A stretch of 64,000 nt of DNA, taken from positions 29,786-93,785 of the IMG/VR virus record IMGVR_UViG_3300008113_000031. One strand, 5' to 3'. Positions within the stretch are counted from its first letter, which is position 1. Every line of letters begins with the position of its first letter. Origin of the DNA: a virus. The notes below the pieces were generated by a model. The model saw only the letters and a list, made by a program, of their open reading frames with translations, was not told where the DNA came from and ran no database searches. Positions 1 to 11,000 of this stretch are shown here, piece after piece. The position numbers were made by a program, and so were the translations under genes.

Positions 1-2
1 TA

Positions 3-1548
3 GATAATGCAATTATAGGCGAAAGGCTTAAGCGGAGATGATATAGCTACTGCACTTCAATCTTATAAAACTGGATTTACAAAAGTAACACAAGCAGATG
101 GAGCAGTTGTTTCAGAAGAGATGTCTAAATACTCCTCAAAAATAAATGCGGCAATTACTGGCGGAGATGATATAAATAGACAGCAAGCAGTAAAAGATTT
201 ACTTGGATTAGATGCAGACAATCCTTACGCTCATGCTTCAAAAATCCTTAGACTTGGGCAGCAGGGAGACGAAGCAATGAGAGCTTCTGGTGAAGCAATT
301 TTTAGATTAAATCAAATCGCATATGCAGCGGAAATAGCTACAACTAGAGAGTCTTCTATATTAGCTTCAAATATTTTGCAAGAAGCAGAGTCAATGCTTC
401 AAAAAAACGCCGCATCTTTAAGTAAAGCTTTTGGCGTTTCACAAGACACAGCAAGTGAGTTTTCTAAATATATTAATCCAAAGATGAGAGCAGAAGTAGT
501 AGACAAAGTTCAATCTATGATCTATGAAGCAGCTGGGGGCTCAGAAGGGACAACGGTCAGACAACTCTTAGACTCCATGGAAATGCAAATGGCTGGAAGG
601 TACAAAGGTTTAAGAAAATTAATTACTTCACAGCCTGGGTATTTAGATGAAAATGGTTTAATTAATATGTTTAGCGCAAGACAACAGGAAAGGGCTGTTT
701 CTTTCCTAACTAGGCAAGAGGGCATATCAGCTTTGGCAGATCAATATGATGACATGGTTCAAAACTTTGATGCGATGTCTGTTGAAGAAAGACGAGAAAT
801 TTTAGCAATATCAGAAGATATGATAGGTAAATCTAGAAGAGGCGTCGCTGCTGTGGACGAAGATCAATTTAGGATAGCTGCAGGCCTATTGACCAAAAAT
901 GCAGAAAGGTCAATAGAAAGCCTCAATCTAGATGAGGCTACAGAAAAAGCAGTTAGACAGATGAAACTACTTCAGACAGCAAGAAGTCAACTATCTGAAT
1001 TTGGCGACGAAATGGATGAGGTGCTTTCCTTTGGGGGAAGGGCATCTGCAGCTGGATTTGCCCCTGATATGGTAGATTTAACAGACGATGAAAGAGCTAA
1101 TTTATTTAGAGGTCTTGACGGGGAAGTTATGGGGGAAACAGCAAGGCCAACAGAAACAGGATACAAGCGTATAGGTAAAGAATTTTTTGATAAGCCAATA
1201 GTTAAAAAATCAGCATACGCTGCTGCTGGTTTAATAGCTGCTAGCTTTCTATACTCGGCATCAAAAGATAGAACCCAAGAAGATGCTGCTGGTCCTCCTT
1301 TGCTACCTGGAGGTTCAGCATATGAGGCAATGTCTCAAAGAGATCCTCAAATGCCAGAGACTTCCATGTTTTCTGGCTACGATGAAGGGGTCGGGTACAG
1401 TGTTAATATAGAAGGAACAAGAGAACAAGCAGAATCTTTTTCAAGATCTATCGGATCTGTTGCTAGAGGCTCAGTTAACAGTACTATGTATAGAGGATTG
1501 CCACAGTTGGGCAAAGATCCCTATTCGCAAATTGCTAGTTCGTATTAG
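3..1548 (+). CDS. C-terminal part of a large helical virion protein (possibly tape-measure-like), 5' truncated by the window edge, with a +1 recoding site at CGGA 33-36
   Basis: Frame 3 reads DNAIIGERLK-CGG-AGA-TGA. Skipping C33 gives GGA GAT GAT ATA..., which is open into the 121..1548 ORF. Ala/Glu/Gln-rich helical sequence at the start of the tail module. Confidence 0.5.
33..36 (+). other. +1 recoding site CGGA (K|G)
   Basis: AAG CGG AGA TGA versus AAG c GGA GAT GAT. Confidence 0.65.
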
Positions 1549-1559
1549 GTTGATTTTAT

Positions 1560-2024
1560 ATGATTTTTGGTGCAGATAATCAAAATAAAAACCTTAGGGC
1601 TGCGTCAACAATTAAAGCTAATCCCACGGCCAAAACAAAAACAGCAAATCATTATTCTGCATCGATCTCTAGTTCAAAAACTACAGCAAATTCTACATCA
1701 TCTAGAACTCAGCAAACTACCGTCCATACATCTAGATCCAATATAAATGACGGTCAACCAGATCCAATAAGAGGTTCAATGGAGGGGCTTGATACAGGTA
1801 AATCAGCCCACATACAAATGGACAACAGAGGCTACGATGCAAAGAGTTTGCAAACAGCTAGATATAAAGATAAAAATAAAACTTTAAAATCAGTAATGGG
1901 AACTTCTCTTTCCTTTACAAATCTTCAAAATAAGAGTATAATGAATAACTATAGCGGAATTACAATGAGTGGTTCTTCCAGCGATAGAATGTCAAAAAAC
2001 TTAAGACTAAATAGAATGTTCTGA
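1560..2024 (+). CDS. hypothetical protein (Ser/Thr/Lys-rich, 154 aa)
   Basis: ORF packed tightly between neighbours; no motif recognised. Confidence 0.7.
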   Translation: MIFGADNQNKNLRAASTIKANPTAKTKTANHYSASISSSKTTANSTSSRTQQTTVHTSRSNINDGQPDPIRGSMEGLDTGKSAHIQMDNRGYDAKSLQTARYKDKNKTLKSVMGTSLSFTNLQNKSIMNNYSGITMSGSSSDRMSKNLRLNRMF

Positions 2025-2030
2025 TAAATT

Positions 2031-5000
2031 ATGGCTAAAGTATCTATAGAAAAATATTTAACCGCCTCTATGGCAACAATGTCAAAAGCAAAATATGATT
2101 CTGCCCTTAAAGAAGTAAGTACAGCTTTAACAACCGCTCTTAGTGTATATTCTGAACTCAAGCAAAAAGTTCAATCAGATCCGAACAAAAGATTTGCAAA
2201 TAGTTTTAATACAATTAACCCTGTCAACTATTCAGAAGAAAGCGGTGGAAACCTAGGTCTGCATAACTTTTGGTATATTGCATTTTCTGAAATAGAAAGA
2301 GGTTATGACGAGGAATTTGGAGGAGGAAGTGGCGGACAAGATGGTCGTGGCAATAACGTATGGGGGAAGCCAAATACTCCTAGCGTAGCTACTCAAAATT
2401 ATATAAAAAATACAATTTGGCCAAAAGTTGAAAAACTTTTAGATATAAAGAATAAATACGTAAATGACGAACCCAATGGAGAAAACACTATCATTAATGC
2501 GTATGACGTTGATGCATTCTTTAATAGTTATGCGGCTATGGGTGGTCAATACAATTATTATGAATGGGAAGACGTAGACCCAGCAGCACTTTTGGCTGGT
2601 GGAACATTTCTCTGGCAAACTATATTTGAAACTACTTCTAACGAAGTTGGCGCTAAGGCTGGAATTTACATCAAAGCCTTAGCTAAGGTAAAGATTTTTG
2701 GTATTGCGGGCAAAATAGGTGGCGCCTCTGTCTTATATGGAACTTTAGCTGGAATCATTGCCTTGCTTCAAGGCGTAAAATATAAACTGGAAAATTTTGA
2801 TCCAATTACGCATACATTTAAGACAACTTTTGCAGAAGATTTAATTAATCAAGCTCAATCAGAAATTACCCTAGCAAACCAGTTAGATGCAATCTTATCT
2901 AAGTATGGAATAGTTTTTAGTATAGATCAAGAGTTATCCAGAAAATACGGTCAAGTTTTTAGTGCAAATATAACAAAATATAAATCATCATTCTTTAGGG
3001 TTATGGCCCCAAATGATGTTCTTTTAGAAAAAGATCAGACTTACATTAAGGGTATTTGGGACAGGATTAGAACAAGTGGCTTATTAGACCTTGCATTAAG
3101 CGCAACTTCTATAGGTGAATTCGCACGAAAAAGATTCTCAGCTGGTAACAACTTACTTGACCCACAGTTAGGAAGCGCAAGTCAAGCTTTAGATCCAGTA
3201 AGAGATACTTTATGGTTAAATGACTTAGTTATTGTTACTCAAAATCTTACAAGAGACCCAATAACACTAGCTTTGGTTCAAGCATATTTTCCTAGCCTAT
3301 CAACATTATTCTTTAATGCATCAGCAGCAGCAGCAGATTACTCTGGTGGCAGTGAAGATGATCCAATTAATAATATAGATGAATTAGCTAAATCTTTATT
3401 GAGAGCTTTTGGCACCGATAAAGATGGCAAACCTATATTTAAACCAGCTTGGGAGTTAACAAACACAGCCCAAAGAATTAAAAAAGCACTTGAAGAATTT
3501 CCATTTAGAGAAAATATACCACCAAAGACTCCAGATATATTTCACTTTAGACTAGGCGCTGCAAACTTTTACGTCCCCCCAGTCTCAATTAATGTAAGTT
3601 CTCAGTTTAAAACTGGAAGTTTAACATCAGGTGCAATTAGACAAAAAAATAGCCCTAAGTTTAATGCTGGGTATAAAGAAACAACAATTAATGTTAAGTT
3701 ATTTTTCCCTAACTATGAGGAAATATGGGGCTTATCAATTGATGGAATCAAAGATGTTACAATTAATAAAGACTTTAAGATAGACTTTAAGGAAGCTGGA
3801 AACGAAGAGAAAATAGATAAGTTTTTATCTTCATTGAGAGGCTTAGTTGCAGCATTTAAATATGCGCCAATATTACCAGTTAAGAGTCACTATCTTAATA
3901 TGGTTCATGGAATTAGTGGAGTGGCATTGTCGTCAATGAGCATATCTACAATTCCAAATTATCCCTTTGCTTTAGTGGTTGATCTTGAACTTTTAAATTT
4001 CAACCACAAACCATTTCTTCCAATGATTAAAGATTTTAACCAAGCTGTTCACTGGGGTAAATTCAGGCACTATATGGGTAAAGCAGCAGGTAGTTTACAT
4101 AGTTATATTAATGAATCTTTCTTGCTTCCAAAACCAGAAGACGCAGAAGATCCAGATCCCAACTTAACAAGAGTTACTTCTCAAACACCATATTACACAA
4201 AAACATCTCCAACTAAACTTAATAATAATGTTGGAAATCAAGAATCAGAAGTAGAACCAGATCTTATTACCGATCCTTATAAGGATGATATTTTTACAAC
4301 AAATGTAATTAAAGAATATAGAAATGGAAATAATATTTCTTTATTTATACCAGAGAGAATACAGACTAAGTTATTCACCCCAGATACATCTTCGTTTAGA
4401 TCAGATGAAGAAAGAATGTTAGATGACACTGGTGAGTCTATGTGGGATTCTTTGTTGAAAAAAATTGGCATTGATATAAATCAATCAGCTGGCTATTATC
4501 GATCACTAGGTTCCGTTGTTCAAACTTCAATAGAAGGATCAGTTAGCCCCTCTGCAAGAAGAGTCGTACTAGAAAGTATAGAGCTAATAACTGCTGGCGT
4601 AAATAAAGATACTTATATGGAAAAGGTATATGATTATTTTGCAAAAGCATTCGTTGCAGAAAATAAATCTCTTTTAACACAAGATGAAATTGATTATATA
4701 TTAAAAGATCCCAATGAAAGCACTGTCCAAGATTATACTTCTACAGCACAAACTTTTAAATACAGGGGTAAAGATCTTATAATAAATAACAGTTCTTCTA
4801 CTGGCGATGAAACAAACTATAGCCTTAAGGATGTAAGACACTTATTTAAGCAGGCATCTCGCAATGCTTCTAGTGCACTAGATCAACTTGCCAATGAAGA
4901 AGCAGATAGGAAAGCAGCTACAACCGGCAAGTCAAGAGATCAGTTCATTGACCAAGCAAAAGAAGATATTGGCAGAGCATTTAATGTTCTTGTATATAAT

Positions 5001-8000
5001 AGATTTTTTAAGAGTGGACCAATCCAGCAGCTTATGGAGGCCAAGAGGGCAAGGCAGGCAAAGTACCAATTCAATGAATGGGAAGTGCCGATGTTTAAAG
5101 TGGATCTTGATCCAAAGGCGGTTATCGTCAATGGTGTTTCTGTAACACTGGGTAACAACTTGGCTAAAATGCAACTGCAAATGCAGGAAGAGCCAACTTA
5201 TCAACATATTGGTGGAAAAGATTCTTATATCAATATATCTATGACTGTTTTTGGTGAAAAAGAATTAATAAAAATTAGAAAAGTTTTTGAGCATATAAAT
5301 GGTTTAGCTAGGATAGAACACTCTACTGGCGTCATAGGTTTCATGGGTATTAAAAATATAGTCGCTGCTCTAGCTGGAGTCAAGTATGTAATGCCATTAA
5401 GTTATGAGGTTAATACAATTCCAAACTTTCCTCATGTTTATGACGTAAGAATGTCTCTTGTCGACTTTGATATTTTCCAGCAGCAAAGAGAAACTATTTC
5501 TTCTAAACAGCAAAAAGAAATGATAGAAACATTTGGAACTAAAAGAAATCCATTCTTGAGAATTAAACAACTATGGGGTGCATTTAATGCATACCCAGAT
5601 TTTCCCCTTTCCATAAAAGATTCAAGCGGGGAAGTAGTGGGATGTCTAGATCCTGATTATTATTTCAGATCTTTTGAAATGTTTGACGAAGATATTATTG
5701 AACATCTTGCACCACAGCAAGAAAAAATGAAATCTTTTTCTATAACGCCAAAACAGTTAAACACACAATCTACAACTGATCATCAAAAAAATGTCAATAG
5801 AATTTTGAACGAAATTAAAACAATGGTTCAAAATAATGAACTTAAAAAACTAAAAGAATATTTTGATAAAGAACAGATAGGATTACTAGAAGCCTCTGCT
5901 TACGTAGAGGGAGCTGTCAGAGAGTTCTTTAGTGGTCAGAAAAAGAGTCTTTTAATAGATTTTATTAAGGAATATCCAGACGTAGATGATAAGACAGCAA
6001 CATTTGGTTTAACTGCAAGTCTTGGGTCTGGCAGTATTAAGTTTAATACCGCAGTGGGAGATTTGTCATACAGTGATTCAAGCGCGACTCAACAAATACA
6101 AAATATTTTAGAGACAAAAGATTTAGTTGTATCCGAAGATGGCTACTTAAGTATTGATCCAGATGAGTTAACCATACACCATACAATTACTTATATCCCA
6201 GCAGAAGAAAATCCTTCTGATGACAAAATGCCAGCCTTTTTATATCACGCAAATGGGTATCATTTGGGATATGTAAGTAAATCAAATAATAGATTTTACT
6301 TTACTGTTGATGGAGTAAGACCAGTTAAATCTGAGTCTGGTCAAGATAATGATGGCAAATTAAGTTATGTCCCAATTTCTGTTCCTTTTAGCGACGCAGA
6401 CGATCCAAGTAAGGCTTATAAAAAGGGAGAGGGAAGCGCTCACATTGATTCACTAAAAGGCGCAGGATCAAACCTAGCTGACTTTAGCGATCCATATTCG
6501 GCTGGTTCTGGTGATGGCCCAGAAGTAATGTCTACACAAGCTGCTAATAGCAACGTCGCGAAACACTGGGAAAGAATGCTAGTAGACACCAAATACAGAG
6601 ATATATCAGGAAGAATGATTAGAGCGTTTCCTACATATATGCTATGGCTAATAGATGAGGGTGGTTATTTTTCTGGTGTTAAACTTTTTGATAATTTTTA
6701 TGGACTTCAATCAATCATAGATTTTTCTGTTGTTCAATCTGAAGATATCTTAGGGGATACTCTAATTCTTAGAGTGTCAAACTTGTATTCAAAATTAACT
6801 ACAGCCGAATCAAGTAGAATATTTGACGCAGAAGAAGAATTTCAAAATGAACAACTAACTCAGCTAGACGGAATTGAATCAGTATTAGATAAGGCGCTGA
6901 ATAGATCTAGAAATATGCTAGCCCATATGGAAAGTACATATGTGGTTGACATTAATAGTATTAGATTAAAGCCAGGTGTGAGAGTCCACTTAAGAGGTGG
7001 ATATGGTGCAAATCCAAATGCGCTGCAAACTATTTTTAACGGAACTATTACTTCTGTTGAAAACGGAGAAATAGTAACGATAACAGCTCAATCAGACGCT
7101 ATTGAATTAAGCCCAATTGTTAACTCTACAAATAAAAAAGGTGATAGTGGTAAAATAGATGGTGGTATCAACACTGGTTTTTGGCTTTCAGAACCAAGAG
7201 ACTTAATGGTAAGACTTCTTACTATGGGATCTTCAAGAACCCGTGAAGCAATAGCTCATGCTACAAGAGGTAGAATTTTTTCCGAAAACAAATTTGGCAT
7301 TAGACACTTTGGGCAGATACTTTATGAGCCACTTAATGATCTCGAGGCTGCTAAAAATGAAGCTGTAGTTTCACAAGTTAAAGACATGTATGATTCGTTA
7401 GGTGAAGCTAGTGGTAATGCATGGGGTATGGGATCGGCATTAGGCATTCTTTCTTCAGGTTCAAACCAAGGTAGCGGAACTATGTTTGGAATAGGTCCAG
7501 AAGTTAGAGCTCCAGGTGTGTCATTAATGAGAACTTTGTGGGCTAACTTTAGCGCACAAAGGGACTTTGAAATCTTTAAAAGAAATATTTACCCAGGCAA
7601 TGGAACCGGAATTGCGCAATTTTTAGGCGGAGACCTTGGTGACGGATGGTCTACAGTAGCTAGTATTACTCCAGAAGATAAGCCAAACGAAAGACTGGAG
7701 TATATCGGAAGGCTTACTGATTATTCTTGGAATGAAATGGTTTCCAAAGCTGGAAATGGAATCTTTGAAGGTAACCCAGACGCCAAGCAGTTAGTTGACA
7801 TTAATGGTAAGCCAAACGAAATAGGTAATAGCAATAGCTCAGCCGGTTTTGCAAAAGTTGCTCTTGGTGGAGCAATTGCAGCTGCAGGCATTGCGGTTAC
7901 TGGAGGGTTGGGGGCTCCAATAATAGGAGGAGTTCTTGCCACTGGTGGATTAGCTGGAGTTTTAAGTGGAAGAGGAGGAACCAGCATATTTAATGCAATG

Positions 8001-11000
8001 GGGATTACTTCTGGATCAGACGATGATCTTCCTGGGCTAGATGAAGTTTCCTTTAGAGCTCAAACATATATGAGAACAGTTTGGGACCTTTTCCAAATGT
8101 GTGCAAGATTACTTCCTAACTACATTGTTGCCGTCAGACCCTTTGAAGATAGATCAACTGTATTCTATGGTAAGCCACATTGGTTATATACATCTGGAGT
8201 TGTACCACTTACAACTGGATACCCTGGAACAAAGAGGGCTCAAGAACTTGGAATTTCTTCTCCCAAAGAACTTGACACTGACTACATTCTTGAAAGTACA
8301 ATGAAAGATATTAATGAGTCTTCAAATCCATTAGCAGACGCTGCAGCGTTTAATCAATTGGATACCTCTTTAATATCAATAAATGACACATTATCTCAGC
8401 AGTTAACTTCAACTGAAGGTGGAGTTTATATTCCTGTAGATAAAATTAAAGATGAAAATGGAAAAGGCAGAATAATAGCTTTTGGATATCAATCTACAAT
8501 GGAGTATAGAGACAATTCCGGTAATCCAATAGCTAAGCTTCCAAGCTCTCACGGTTACGCCACAGTAGGCTATCACCTTCCAGTAAGCTCAGAAGAAGTT
8601 ACTCAAGTAACTCTTGATGAAGAACAGATTAAAAATCACAAACAAATAGACCAACTACCACTCAGATATAGATTTCCATTCTTTACAGATAGAGATGACA
8701 AAATTGTATTGGAAGACTTTGCATATTATGCTATTGCGGATCAATTAGGAGCCTGGCAAAACCACCATGCAGACTACATGAAACTTGTTCGCGACAACGC
8801 TAGTTACAATGGTGTAGGTGGGACAAAAGAAGAAACTAGATGGATTGAGTTAATGAAGATGGAAACAAGCCTATACACAGGTGTTTCAACTGTGGATACT
8901 GGCGAGTTAAGAAACTTCAATGGAATACCTCTTGCGATGAAGTTGCTTTCTGGAAATATTCCAAGTTTCAAGGGTCTAGAGCAAGAAGTTGCAGATAAAT
9001 ATATATTCCAAGAAAAATTAGGGCAAGCTGGTTTATCAGGAACATCTTCAGTAGTCAGAATGCCACTGCCAGATAATCCAGCTCTTTCTTCTTCCGCAGA
9101 AACAAGAGCAGACTTGTATGATGTTTTAAAGGATCGTCCTGATTTCAATACTAACGCTGCTGGGTTAAGAGATTGGAAAGCTCCAAAAACGCCTTTAGAA
9201 GAGCAGTTCTACATTGCTATGAAATGGCCATATAAACCATCAGATGCATTTAGCGATCAAACAATAGAGCAATTTATACAAAGTCAAGGTGGATATGTTC
9301 CAGTCGGCAATGCAAAAAGTTATCAAGAAAGAAAAGTTATGGTTTACAGCCCTAGCACTGGTAAGGCCGTTGTGTGTAGACCTGCATACTATCTTTGGGG
9401 CGAACAAACAGTCAGTATTGCAAAGCCAAGTGCTAACGACTATACAGATAATGACGATCCTACAAAGAATATAGTGGGAGGATTTGATATCTTTGGAAAT
9501 CCTAGAGGTGGATCAAGCGACGACTATGGAGTACTTGATGGGGGCGGCAATGCCCTACAGTTAGGTTATGACATTGCGCTTTCTGCTTTGGTTTCACCAG
9601 ACGCAGCATATTTCTTGGGAATGCTTAATTTAACTGCAGCAGAAAAAGCAATTTGGTCATCTGGCGATAGATCTAAGAATGAAGGTGATTGGCACGGCGC
9701 AGAAGATGCAATAAAATCTTTAGCAGCTGCGGGAGTCGCACCGTTCCCAATGCCAAGAAAGTGCTACTATGCCTTTGTTCCTGATGATATGCCCCTGGGC
9801 GTAGTTCCTGATTTTGTCATGCCAATAGATGAATTCTCGCCTCCTGGTCAAGAGGTTATTCATGAATATGGTTCTGATAAAAAAATAATATCATTTGGAG
9901 CATATAAGGGTAAAAAAACAACCATTAATAACAGTAATTACAATCCAAGTGGATCTTCTGATGGAGAAAATTTCTTTGAGTTTAAACCATCTTCTGCAAT
10001 AGAAATGGAAGATGTTTTAAATTCTGTTGGAAAACTTGAAATAGCAGGAAACGTTTTAGGAACAAATGGCACATTTGGTCCTGGCACTGGAGATTATTTT
10101 GATTTGGTCAGAAATCAAGACTGGGAAGGTATTGAAAATCTAAAGAAAGTTTTAGAAGGAGAACTAAAAGATAGATCAACTTTTGCTCAAAAAAGATTTT
10201 CTGCAGTATATGATGAAGCAGAGCCAAAATCAGTAGAAGCTAGAAATTTTTATGATGAAGATTATAATCCAAGTGTTGCCGTAATAGCAGGAAATGGAAG
10301 AACTCTACAGCAGGCAATGGAAGTATGGGATCAATTTAGGGCTGGGTATCATACGTATTCAAATGTTAAAGAAGCTTTTGTTAGAGCATATGGTCTTCCC
10401 GCTGAAGGAGAAGAAAGCGAACAAGACCTTGGTACATTTTTAACTGGTGGTTTTGGTTTAGGTAAAAAACTTGGAGACAAAGGTTTGACTTCTGGTAAGC
10501 AAACACCAGATCAATATATAGATGGACTAGAAGGAAGATACTCTACTCAAACAACAGATTCGCAAGAGTCTGCCGCCGCTGCAGATAAAGATTTAAAAAA
10601 TCTATTCCAGTATTATAGTGAATCAAATAATTCTGCTGAAGATGAATTTAGTTTGGTTTTTGGAGACAGCTTCTTTGCTAATCCAGATTGGGTTGGTAGC
10701 GAAAACGCTGCTACACAAGCTGCTCTCAGAGGAAATCCGGAAAAAATAAGACAAGGTTTAGAGGCAGCTAGAAAAGATTTTATTGATAATCCAGATTCAA
10801 AAAATGGATTAATTAGTTATTTTAATGAATTACTTAATGATAAATTAGATAAGATATTATCAATAATTAGAGATTCTTTGTCATTATCTGGAGTGACGGA
10901 TAAAGAAGCTCAGGATCAGTATATAGCTTCAATTAAAACATCTAGACAACTTTTCTTATTTATGGTTGGAGCATTCAGAAACAGAATGTGGTCAGACCCA

